DNA from: Lytechinus pictus
Lineage: Eukaryota
Direction: 5' to 3'
Assembly: GCF_037042905.1 (NCBI RefSeq)
Contig: NC_087252.1
Location: 26,848,001 to 26,912,000, forward strand
Length of the DNA stretch: 64,000 nucleotides
Shown: positions 25,189-37,576 of the stretch, in pieces
Position numbering within the stretch: position 1 is the first letter of the stretch
Layout: each line of letters starts with the position of its first letter
The notes under the pieces: generated by a model
What the model was told of the DNA's origin: nothing
What the model saw: only the letters and a program-made list of their open reading frames with translations
The model's database searches: none
Made by a program: the position numbers and the translations under genes

Positions 25189-25459
25189 ATCAACAGTGAG
25201 AGTAGTAACAAATGAGGAGATCACCAACTTAGCTGGCCGTCTACCTGATGCTAAATACAGCAGGATTTGCGAAGAATTGGGTTTTGGTTACAACTACACA
25301 CAAAAGGTTAAGACCAAACATTTACTGGACTCGACTGCTGCTTTCAAAGAGGTATTGCAGGAATGGAAAGACAAAGATGGAGTCATGGTGGATCTTGATA
25401 CAGCTCTTATGAAGTCAAACCTTGGAGGGCTCATACGTGACTATAAGATACAAAAATGA
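25189..25459 (+). CDS. ZU5/UPA/death-domain gene, terminal exon encoding a death domain
   Basis: Acceptor cttacactcatag (phase 2); STVRVVTNEEITNLAGRLPDAKYSRICEELGF..AAFKEVLQEWKDKDG..DLDTALMKSNLGGLIRDYKIQK* shows the death-fold pattern (LA..L, LGF, L.EW, L..AL....L..L); TGA at 25457; AATAAA at 25741. Confidence 0.88.
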
Positions 25460-28400
25460 CATTAACATACCCTATCAAGGGCATGGGAATGTCCTAGACA
25501 TGTGTCAGCAAATGACACAGAGATGGGGGAGAGGCTTCACGACCAAGCAAGAAAGAAGGAAAAGGATGAAGTATAATATTTCCTGAATGTCATGTCAAAA
25601 ATTATCACAAATTATTAAAAATATCAATATTTTTGTCGTTCACTTGCAACCTTTATTGTTTTTTTTTACCCGATATGCTATGTTTGGCGTTCATTTTTTT
25701 CTTGTTTTTTTCTTGCTCATTATGCTACTGGTTTCAACTGAATAAAAATTGAGGGCGTGCATCGGACCGTACAATGACGCCAAATTGGTAAGGAGGATAT
25801 TGTCTTCACATGAATCTAATTGAAATATGAAAATTCATGCCCGCTCACCCGCTCACTTCTCCCTCTCTCTATCCCTTCCCCATGGGGACAGGGGGACGCC
25901 CCCCCCCCTCCCCTACTTAAGATATTAGGGGGCACAATATAAAATGTCCCCCTACTATTTGTGGTCTTTTTTTATGAAAAGAAATACATCATTCAAAATC
26001 GAAATAGAACATTTATTTTGGACGTGATAACTTCCCTTTTTCGTATTGCGTATTTGTATTCACAAAGACTTGCTTTCAGGGAACAACGCCTTCTTCTGTT
26101 AACATATATACTATATATCTATACTTTTATGACAAAATACTTTTGTATAATTCTTATTGAAAAATGATATTTTGTTTAAAAAAGGAAGAAAGTGAATATT
26201 TATTTTAAGTGAATTGATTTGAGTTTCAGTTTCAAAATTCAAGTTCGCATAAAGGTACCTTCCTCATAATTATGTCACGTAATATCTATTCAATTAACTG
26301 CTTTTTATAATTAAATATCAATGAATGAATGATTTGGTTAATTATATGTTGCATTAAAGGCACAGTCCATGCCAAATGGTTATAAACTTTGTATTAAATG
26401 TCACTTGATAAATATGACATTGTATGAATCGTGACTTCTCGCGTATTATTTTTTTTTAATGAAAACTTCAAAAGTTGATATATTTTGTTTTCTGTCGTTA
26501 ATTATAAAAATCTTCAGTGATATAATTCTCCTGATTTCTAATTTCATAAAAGATCGGGTTAATAATTTCTTGATAATAATCCGTACGGAAGTTTTTCTCC
26601 ATAGATTATTCATTTATTATTTTTGTATATACTTCTAATTACTTTTATCTTTCAATATTCATGTTACACTTTGTTCTGGATGTTGATGTTGTGCATGTTG
26701 TAATAACCATATTTATATCTTTTCTGAAAATGTGAAATTCAGCCAGTGGTTTGAGATACAATTTAAAATAAACCATGAATAATAATAATAATAATAGTAA
26801 TTTTTGACATCGAAGAAATTTGTTTCGTTTTACCAATATATATTTTGCTTTCTTTTATTACCATGTTTGATTGGTTGTAGTACTTTTCATTTTGTGTGAT
26901 TGGACAGCGACGACAAACATCATTTGCTGGTGTTAAAGAAAGATCCATGTTTAAAATCAAGAACTCAATTTTTTATTGGTAACAAAGAGCGATTCTTCTT
27001 ATCAAGAATTGAATTCTTGATTTCAATAAATAGGATTGGATGATAAAACTGCTTTTTATCTGTAGGTGTGACAGCTCCTTTAGTTTAAGCAGTTAAAAGC
27101 TACTGAAATATTTTTCATTCTGATTGGCTTACAGTAAATTTGTTATTGAAATTGTGCATTTGCTATTATATGTCTTCATGAAACGGGACCTAGAATAGAG
27201 TTATGTGACACAGTGTACAAGTGTACAATAATATTCCATTCCTGTATGTCATCATTTTTAAAAGGTCCCATTTTGTTTTCATATCCATTCTTTGCGGGTG
27301 ATGCTGCAGTATGACTGATATTGCATTATTTATGTTAAAGACTATTAACTGGCTGTCAGCTCTGACATTGCGTCACTTTCCCTTATTTTATCTCAGTAAC
27401 AATTGACTATTATATCACTCCAGGAAGGAGATTCTTAAGCTATTTTTTAAGGGTTGGGGCTCGGCAAGTTACAAAAAAAAATGTTAAAATAATTGCTTGA
27501 TAATCTACGTCACATATTGATTACTTGATTATATACATTATAGCAAGTTTTGGCTTGTTAGATTTTGTTCTTCTCTTTTTTATATTATACTTAATTGATA
27601 CTTTAATAATTTGTTATTGTCCATTCTGCTCATAATATGATTATATGGTTAAAATATGTTTCGGTTTGTGATATTTTTCAATCATTTTTTTGCTTACTAT
27701 GGCAATCCATCTTCTGCTATTAATTTTATGCTAAATGATTTATACCTGATTTATTGTCAATATATGTTTGTTACATCTATGTTATATTATATTGTTATGT
27801 AGAAGAAAAATAAATTCAAATCAAATCAAAATCATATACGTATATGAGTTGTACTCGGCATTTAGGGATTCAATTCATTATTATTTTTAAATCAATTTGA
27901 ATTGAGAATTTTAGGTTGCAGAGGCACTTTCATCCACCATGATATGTTATGTTTGAAACAAGGATGCTTGGTATGTTTTATTAAAAGAGATATATTCAAA
28001 ATGAGCATTTCCTGTGTCATAATGGCAATCCGAATGAGTTTTAATATCACAATATTGATTGAAACCGGTTTTAATGTCAAAGGATATGAAGGTAGGCCTA
28101 CTGATTTTATATTTATTTTCTTTCGTATAAATCGGATATATCATATTTACAAAGTTACGATGATTTTACTACCCTACTATGGCAAAAGGCATCAACTAAA
28201 CTCAGTGTGATTTCATGTAAAATAGGAAGTCGTGGTTGACGTTCAAATAGACACCATGTATCATGATAGTCAACCAGCCATATGTAGGTTACGGTTTAAA
28301 ATATGATGAAACTTTGACTCAAAAGAGATATATGGAAATCACCACGGTGGTAATATGAAAGGAAAACCTAAATGCTTATCTTGGGATATTCAATTTCCTT

Positions 28401-29397
28401 TGAAGAAAAATCCATTATGATTATTTTTTCATGATTTTCTCTTAGTTTGTTGTTTTATGATTACGAAATCACTGATTTTGTAAGATAAGTGTTTAGAGAA
28501 GTATTTGAAATGAAAATAAATTCATGACTGAGTGGATGCCATAGATGTACTACAAATGGTATATTCATTTTTCTTCAAGAATGAATGGATGAAAACGAGT
28601 TAATGTTAATGTTCACTACACCTTTGCAAGATTCGAATATATGTTCATACTTCGATATAAGTTATGTCATTTAATCTTTATATCAAAGCTTTAGAGAGGC
28701 TTTATTAATATTCGTGTAAAGATTTATACCTTACATGTACGTGTACGTAATGTTTACACAATGATTTGCTATGTTTATTGTTTTACATTGAATTATAATG
28801 TTTTTGTTTAATTTATTTACCAGTATTAGTCATGATTATAGCTGTTCGCGCCAACCAATGTCTAATACTAGTACAATGTAAACGAATACATAAATGGATT
28901 GAAATTGAATGAGTGTATGCATGATTGTTCGCAGTTAAAGTGGAATGCCACAGGGTCATATTAACAGGCTTTTAAGTTTTTCGTTCTTATTCATTGTACA
29001 GATATAGGGACAAATAAGAAGGTAATGAAATAAACTAAACCCTTTTTGCAGGAGTTTATGTATTTATTGTAAAGTCAAAATAAATTTACAACATAAACAT
29101 AATCGTATTATGACATTAAAGTACATTGCAATGTGACAGATTTATTACAGTGTCGTAACAAAATTTAGACATGAATACAATTTAAGGATAAGACAAAGTA
29201 GGGAAAAACAAATGCAGTGGCAAGCTATATAAGCAAAATAAATGCTTGAGTAATAGCAACCCTTATCAAAGTATGATTGATTGAGACTAGATTTATTTAA
29301 CCTTACCTGTGAAAATCATTTAGTCATCACTTTAATTTAACATGTTTAATAACTGGCAATGACTTTGAGAAAGGCACATCAAGAAAGACCTGATAGG

Positions 29398-29414
29398 GTG
29401 TGTGTGTGTGTGGG

Positions 29415-29445
<31 letters not shown>

Positions 29446-29457
29446 GTGTGTTGTGTT
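29398..29457. repeat. (GT)n microsatellite
   Basis: Directly visible. Confidence 0.95.
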
Positions 29458-30111
29458 AGACTAGGATTGGGATTTTTAATGGTACATTTACGGTAGCCTA
29501 CATGTTTTTCTTTCAAATGATAGTGTACACATTTTATCTGTATCTGTATCATTTATTGAAACACATTTATCAAACGCACTTGATTTGTGTGCAAGTGGGT
29601 GGGGTATAGTAATGATATGCGGTAGATACAGTAGCCGACATGTTTTTATTTTAAGTGATATTGTACACAGTTTATTAGTGTCTGTATCATGTGTGTATCA
29701 TACATTTTATTACATATTTATTGATTACATTTTATCTTTTCTGTTGCATCTATGGTGTGGTACTATCAATGTCAAATACCATGCTGTGGTATTGCTTGGG
29801 TTATTCACAAGTGACGAAGATTAAGATGAGTTATAAATATAAATATTTGTACTTTCTACTATCAAGACGTAAAGCATATTTATACAACTGTTATTCTTAT
29901 GAATGCTCAACCTTTCACTCTATTTTTTTACTACTTTATTTTGTATTTCTTTTATATGAAAAAGGCTGCATTAATGTTGCATGAACTATGTTGTACTTCA
30001 AGCTTTGTTCATGAACAAATGAATAAAATGATGATGAACTATATGAATATGTCCAACTGACTGAAAAGGGAGAAAATGAAGAGAGAAAGAAATAAAGAAA
30101 GAAAGAGAGAG

Positions 30112-30146
<35 letters not shown>

Positions 30147-30282
30147 CTTTTGACTTTTCAAATGAAAACTTTATTTACAAATTATAATCGCAAAAGTCAA
30201 GTATACAATAAAAGAATAGTTTGACATGAACATTCAAATGAGATCAGGTTGATTACAAGCACAGAGTTATAAACCCAATTAA

Positions 30283-33200
30283 TTAAATGAGCCATGCAAT
30301 GCTGCCCTCGTTAATTGTAAAAAGTAATCTATTCATACACCATTTACGTAAAAAGGCATCAATATTGGAACATAATTTGTAATAAGTAAATTCATAGAGT
30401 ATTCTGTTTTTGAGACGATGTAACCAAATAATAAGTGGATCGGTGAAATTTGAGGTGCGGTACATAAAATAAATGGTACTTTTTAAACTAATAATAAGAA
30501 AATTAGCAAGGCGGATAACCTTTCTGTCACGCCCTCTGGCATGCGGAATGAGTGCCCAGTATAGGTCAAAATTAAGTTTGAGAGAGGGGAGGAGATTGTT
30601 CAACAGTCTATGAAGAAGATTGAGAGGGGGTTGGATTCCTTTACATTCGATGAACAGATGTTGAATGGTTCCTGGTTCTCCGCACCATCCGCAAAAAGAA
30701 GAAATGTCTGTATTAAGATGATGGAGTATAGTGAGCGACGGTAAAATATTGTGAAGGAGTCTGTATTGAATATCAGCCTCTTTTTTAGGTGTTGGTAATT
30801 GATAGATAGATAGCCAGTTCACTTTTGTAGATGGATCGAGAAATCCAGTATCATGCCAATGTGAGCTTGATGAGATTGTCGTATTATCTAGTTCTTTCCT
30901 GTAGATTCTGTAGATAGCTTTAAAAGAAGCAATAAGTCCATTTTCGGAAGAAGCCAGAGTGAAGTTGATCGGAGTAACTGGAGCAGACAAAAGTCAGATC
31001 AGAGTATTTGTGTTGACAGCCTGAGTCATTAAAAGATGTAGGGAAAACTTTAGAGAGTGCAGTTCGAAAGAGTAATGTTTCACGTTCGATGAGACGCGAT
31101 GATGGTTGTCGAAGTCCTCTTGGAAAGTTCTTTTGGAGACAGCTACTCTCAATCCAAAGACCAGTTGAGTGGTTTATCAAATGGCGAACTAGTTTCACTC
31201 CGCATGCCATCAGGCGCGTCGGAAAAAAATTATCAACATCAATTGCATCAATAATATGAAAACTATTTAAGGGCATGTTAATTGCATGGCTGAAAGAGAG
31301 GGATTGTGTCACAATTCGAGCTCCAGATGTCAACCAAGCTCGCAGAACTTCACTACAGTAAACTGGAAGACTTGTGTAAAATTTAGGATCAATTCTTGTA
31401 AAGAACAATTGGTAATCAAATCCTAATTTACAATACTGTCTCAGAAAATGAGCCATAAAGTCGTTTACTGGATGAGAATTTAAGGAAAGAAACCGTTGAA
31501 TAATCGAAAATCTGTAAGTTAGAACACGAGCTTGGAGACAAGCTAGCCCCAGCCCTCCTTCGTCAGGTTTTTCATACAACACTTCTTTCTTTAACCAGTG
31601 CCGCTTATTTGACCAGATAAAATTCACAAAACAAATTCAGAAGTTCGTTTAATATATTTTCAGGAGGAGAAAGAACTGCAAGAACATGACATATTTTTGA
31701 TGCAGCGAGCTGGTTTGCAATCAATCCCTTGCCTTTAAATGAGAGTGAGTTCGATAAACGAGACCACGAAATGAAAGTCTTATTAAGTCTTTCTTTACAT
31801 TTAATCCAGTTTTGTTTAGAATAATTAAACGTGTTCCCTAAATGAACTCCTAAAAAGGGGAGACCTTTACTATTCCAAAAAAAGTTGAGGGGTTTATCAT
31901 TCCGCCCTTTCCAACGGCCGACCCAAAGGCCTTGTGATTTTTTTGTATTTAAACATGCAGCAGAGGCCAGACTAAACATATTGTAAGTTTGTTCAACTAA
32001 TTCAAAGCCAGCATCGGCTGTGACAAATATCGATACATCGTCTGCATATGCAGATACTACACAAGGTTTGTTAATAGCAGGGATATTTAATGCATGATTT
32101 GACACGTTCTCTCTTGGTGAGTTCAGGAGAGGCTCAATGGCGAGAGTATATAGCAACCCTGATAGAGGGCATCCCTGTCGTATTCCTTTCTCAAAGGGGG
32201 AGGGAGCTGTCAGGGATCCACACACTTTAATGAGGCTTTCAGCCCCTTCATACAAAATTCGTATATAAGATATAAAATGACTTCCAAAGCCCATGCGTTT
32301 CATAACATTGAATAAATAAACATGATCTACATTATCAAATGCCTTTTTCTGGTCCAAGTTCAATACAGCCAAAGAAATATTATCAGTGTTTGCATAGAAC
32401 AAAATATTTCTAATGAGATTAATGTTGTCATAAATAGAACGACCGGGGATACAATAACTTTGGTCTCTTCCAATAACATGATCAATGCATGATTTTAGCC
32501 TACTGGCAAGTAGCCTAGCAAAAATTTATAGTCTGTGTTGAGGAGGGAGACGGGACGCCAATTTGAAATATCAGCGAGGTCTCCTCTTTTGGGGAATAAA
32601 GTAATGACCGCCCTCCTAAAAGAGTATGGTAAAAATCCAGATTCAAGAGAGGAGGTAAGAACTTCGAGAAAATCATCTTTGAGCATGAGCCAAAAGACAT
32701 GATAAAATTCAGAGGTAAGTCCATCGATACCAGGAGACTTATTTTTGCCTAGCTGCTTGACAGCATTATCAAGTTCTTCTACAGATATTGGATTCTCAAG
32801 GTCCTTTGATAAGGACGGATCAAGCGTCTTGATATTTACAAGTAAACTATTGATGGCGCTCTTGTCAGTTGGCTTTCGACTGTAAAGAGATTCATAAAAA
32901 TCCCGAACATGATTTTTTTATCTCAGAAGGGTTCTCCGAAATACGTCCCGAAGCGAGCCGAATGCGGGATATACTTTTTGATAAGGAATTCGTTTTTTCT
33001 AAGTTGAAGAAAAAATTGGAGCATGAGTCTGTTTCATTTGTGTATTTAAAGCGAGACCTCACAAGAGCTCCGCGTGCTTCATTTTTCAGTAACGAGTTTA
33101 ATGCATTTCTATGCTCGTCGAGAGTATATTTATCTTGTTGGCTAGATTCTTTTGCGCTCTGAAGTTTATCAATCTCTTTGTTAATTTATATTAGAGCTTG

Positions 33201-34145
33201 CCTTTTCCTTTGTACAAATTTTTTACTATACATTTGAGTAATTGATTTTATATGAACCTTGCCGAAATCCCACCAAGATGCAAGATTCGGGAAGTCATTT
33301 TTTTCTTTCTGCCAATCTGACCAAAAAAGACGAATAATATCAATGTAACTTTCGTCTTCCAAAAGAGTGTTATTAAAAATCCAATATGCACTTTTTCCTT
33401 TAGCTCGTATTGGGAATTTCAAAGTTAGAGAAACTGCAGAGTGGTCAGATAAGGAACAAGGTATAATTTCACACGTATGAATAGAAGAAACTAGACACGA
33501 TGGTACATAAAATCGATCTAATCTAGACTTTGAAAAGCCATGTGCACTGGCTGGATTGTGCCGTTGCCAGGTGAATTTCTTTTCATTTGGATTTAGAAAA
33601 CGCCATGCATCGCAAAGAGAAGATTTATTCAGAACATTTTGCAAAGCCGTAACAAGTTTAGGTCTGCGTTCTGTCAGCGTGCACAAACGATCAATCGCAG
33701 GATTTTCAGTGCAATTAAAATCACCCACAATCACAATATTATCTTCGCAACAGGTGGAGATATGACAATTAAGGGCATTGATAGCTTTAATTGCCATTTC
33801 ATCAGATTGAGGAATGAGTGTGTTGTATACATGATAAATACAGTTATTATGGGAGAGCTTGTTATACAATATATAGCCATCAAAAACAATAAAAGTAGAT
33901 AAAATATCGACTTGAGAATTATTGACCAAAGTTGTCACTCCTGACCCTCGAGTAATACCGGGTGAGCAAAAAGGTTTATGGAACCAGTTGCTCCAGCAAG
34001 GATTGCTATCTTTCAGGTGGTAAGTTTCCTGTAAAAATACAACGAGCGGGTTGCATGCAATTTGCTCAACATAAACTCGGAAGGAGGCGTTTTGAGTTTG
34101 GGAGGAGCATCCTCCGGTGTTGAGGGTCAGCATTGACAGTGCCAT
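30283..34145 (-). pseudogene. Tx1 ORF2 (AP endonuclease, reverse transcriptase, C-terminal C-x2-C..H..C), disrupted
   Basis: LTLN..FLQETY..GDFN..SRLDRFYV..SDH; SPGIDGL..NWRPVSLLNTDYK; LDQKKAFD..GIRQGCPLSG..AYADD; CGWCGEPGTIQHLFIEC. In-frame TAA at 33186-33188 and frameshifts near 32915, 32525, 31630 and 30990. Confidence 0.92.
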
Positions 34146-34199
34146 TATTGCTATAGCAACTTGAGCGTACGTAATGAATGGAGAGAAGGTAAAATGGAA

Positions 34200-35746
34200 T
34201 TAGCTCTCCAGAGTGCTGATCAATTTGTATATCCTCTGCTGCATGTTACGTTTTACTAGGGGGCTGTTTTCAGGGGCTTTAATTGTTTAACTAGCCCTGG
34301 AATATTTGATGTATATTTCCGTGCAATCTGGGCAGGCTTTTTCCGCCCTTTCACGTTTGACAGAAATTTCACAATTTGGCCTTGGGAGAGGGGGCCTTGA
34401 GTCAATGGGAGTGCATCTTCCTTCGGGACATCTTCATCCGTTTGGGCATCTTCCCAAGTCATGGAGTCAGTGTCGGTAGATGAATCTCCAACTGTGGAGG
34501 ATGGAGTAGGAGGGATATTGGGGGTTTGGGAGTCAAGGACTTGCGTTAAGGTTGGAGAGTCTACGGTTTCGGTTTGGGAGGAGGGAGCTTTCCTGGCCAC
34601 TTTCCGAAGAGGAGAGGGGGCCTTCAGTGTAGTAAGAGTAGAATTGTTTTCGTTTGATTCGGGGGTTAGTTGCTTGCGTTTTGAAACAACTTCAGAGAAA
34701 GTTCGGACAGGTGATGGGGGAGTTTTCCACACAGGCGAAGGGCACGCAGAAATAGATTTGGGGGGAGAGGACTTGGAGGACACGACTATGGGCGTGGTAG
34801 TTGAATTGCTGGACGGCTGAGCAGGTGATGTCAGAGGTATGTGCAGTGGGGAGGATTGAGGCTTCCTAATACGCGAGGGGGTGGCTGAGGTAGAAGGGGG
34901 CCCACGATCACGAGGTGGTAAACTAGGGAAATCAGAGGAGGTGGGTACAGGTGGGGGCACTGTAGTACTTGCCGCCAAGGGGGGAGGTGATGGTGGGATG
35001 GGGTCCGAAACCGTAGTGAGAGGCGGGGAGGATCCGCGCTGGCGCACTCTCGTGTCATTTGAAACTGGGGTAGCATTTGTCATTGATTGATTAGTATTTG
35101 TGCTTGTTTGAGGTTTCTTACAATTGCGGGAAATATGACCAAATTCACCACAGTTAAAGCATCTAACTGATTCAGTTGAAATAAATACACGATAGTTCAT
35201 ACCTGAAAACACGAAATTAATGTTATCTGGAAGTGTTGTGTTGGGTTTCACTAACACTTGAACGTGCCTTCGAAAACTCATAATATGGTTTAGACGCTTG
35301 TCTTTAAATCCTAGAGGTATTGGTTTGCAGTCGGACACAACTTTGCAAAAAGGTGCTAGATTTTCAGTCAAGACAGAATTCGGTAGTTCTGGGTATACAT
35401 TAGATAAAATTACTCGAGTAGCGGGCCGTACAAGGGGGGTTAGTTCAAGAAAGGCCCCCTCATACTCAAGGCCTTGTTGTAAAGCATTGATAACAGCTTC
35501 TTTGGATTTTAGATACACAGCTATGCGACCATTAGAGATGCGAGAGGCAGATATTACGTCATTAGCGGGTATAGTTGTAGTAAAGACATTGATATAAGAT
35601 TGTATCGTTACATTTTCAATAGCTTGAAAGCTTACACCATTGTGACGGGTGACATTTTTAAAATGTCCTACATTGTTTAACAAAGGGCCAGCTGCACTTG
35701 TGGTACGCTGGCCCTGTACACTACGTTGGTTTGCTTGACTGGCCAT
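34200..35746 (-). pseudogene. Tx1 ORF1 (gag-like with zinc knuckle and Pro/Ser-rich region), 1-bp frameshift near the C-terminus
   Basis: SASRISNGRIAVYL..RVILSNVYP..IMSFRR..CFNCGEFGHISRNC. The stop at 34256 is bypassed by adding one C to a C5 run, giving PLVKRNMQQRIYKLISTLES* ending at 34200. Confidence 0.88.
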
Positions 35747-35955
35747 GTACGAACCAGTCTAGAAACCTTACAAAAAATAACAGAAAATGTGTTTAAAAAA
35801 CACTAAAATTGGTAAACCTGACGAAGGAGGATCGAGTCTATATTAATCTATAACCCAACACAATTTTAATGGTACAAAAATCAAGGACCAAATGGTCATA
35901 TAAATCAGTGAAAAACCAGAAAAACCGGAGCTTGAAAAAAACACAACTACCTCAC

Positions 35956-35989
35956 GAAAGAAAGAAAGAAAGAAAGAACAAAAGAACAA

Positions 35990-36021
<32 letters not shown>

Positions 36022-36050
36022 GGGAGAAAAAGAAAGAAAGAAAGAACGAG

Positions 36051-36109
<59 letters not shown>

Positions 36110-36152
36110 ACGAAAGAAAGAAAGAACGAAAGAAAGAAAGAACGAAAGAAAG
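35956..36152. repeat. (GAAA)n microsatellite flanking the Tx1 5' end
   Basis: Directly visible. Confidence 0.95.
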
Positions 36153-36442
36153 ATAATAACGAAAGAAAACGGGTATGTGAAAAAAAAATGTTTTAGAACA
36201 AATGAGTTTTTCTGAAATTAAGTTTGTTCCGAATTTTGACCATTCAGTAGTAAAAAAAACGAGAGTAAGAATCCCCCTGAATAGTAATTCTCCGAGTCCT
36301 TTGGGGCTATTTTCGAAGGGGGCTCTGTGGCCGCCTCGTGGTTTCAGAAAGTGCTTCAGGTATAAAGAGGTTGGCATTGGGTGTCGTGGTTAATGTGGCT
36401 CATGATTATTTTGGGGCCGTCTCAAACACTAAGAACAAAGCT

Positions 36443-36739
36443 CAGTGGCGTAACAAGGGTCGGTGGCCGGGGGGGGGGGGGGGGTTGGCAAGGGCCAAAC
36501 ATTTCCCGGTCATATCGTGATATGAACAGGCATATTGGTGTAATGAGGCAAACATTTCGAGACGGCCAGATATTGCGTATTGGGCATAATGTTTATCTTT
36601 TGATAAAAAGCTGCGAGCGAGCAAAAATTTTGTTATTTTTATTACAAAAATCCAGTTTTGTGATAGATTTTGACATGATATCAAGAATATATATATATAT
36701 ATTATTATATATATATTTGCCCCGCCTGTTACGCCAGTG
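36443..36739. mobile_element. hAT-like MITE
   Basis: TIR cagtggcgtaac / gttacgccagtg; perfect 8-bp TSD acaaagct (36435-36442, 36740-36747). Confidence 0.88.
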
Positions 36740-37576
36740 ACAAAGCTAAAGAAAGACAAAATCAAGTATAAATATTTCATATAGGGACACTCATCTAGGA
36801 TCCCAAGCGCAAGATCACTTTCATGACTTTGACACGAGATGGCGTCCTGTGAAGAGTACATTTCTGTGCCTGGATAATATAAGTGACTCACTTTGAAACG
36901 GCTTATTAGCCACGTTCAATTAATGTGCTCAATGACCAAATTTAGCAAGTGTGGTTAAACGCCCTCTACGGCTTTAATAAATTCAATCATTTGGACAGGA
37001 TTAGGAGGAAGCAGATTGAAACAGATTTTGTCAAAAAAATCTTCGATTTTGTTTAGAAAGTGAGGTTAAGCATCTTCCTATACAGTTAAAACAAAATAGC
37101 ACGTGCATGGTTTAAGCTGTAAACTATTTTATAATTGTTTAAACTTTTTAACAAATTGTTTATAAAGTTTAAACAGTAGTTGTTAGAGTGATGGGCCTAT
37201 AAACAGCGTGCTTGAAATTTTAAACAGCGTTTTTACATGCAGTGTATTATCCGATAACCGATTTTGTAAGAATAGACTTCAATGGCATCTTGAAAAAAAT
37301 ATAATAAAAAAAAATCAACAAGTATAAGGGAGCTAGATACCTCTAAAATCTCACTTTTTTTTAATTTTATTTTTTTATAAAGGATCAGCAGTTAAAAATA
37401 AAATACAGGCCACTAAAAAGTTGTTGTAAGACTCTAATGTTGGATAATTATCGAGTATAAATATTTTATTAACGCTGTAGAGCTCAGCTCTTTAAGATTA
37501 GTTTTAACAGCTGATCGGCTCTGACAAAGTCTCCAAATACCACTGTCCATTTTTTCAGCTCACTTGTGATGTGACT

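Larger units (their letters stand above)
30145..35955 (-). mobile_element. Full-length Tx1-clade (L1 group) non-LTR retrotransposon inserted in (TTTC)n
   Basis: 5' UTR, ORF1, ORF2 (APE-RT-Cys/His) and a 3' end aataaag..aaaagtcaaaagtc; (GAAA)n on both flanks (about 30080-30146 and 35956-36152). Confidence 0.93.

Noticed and set aside
34461..35597. Plus-strand ORFs over Tx1 ORF1
   Set aside because: Antisense shadows of the GC-rich, Pro/Ser-rich ORF1 region.
35869..36377. K/E/R-rich and F/L/S-rich ORFs
   Set aside because: (GAAA)n microsatellite.
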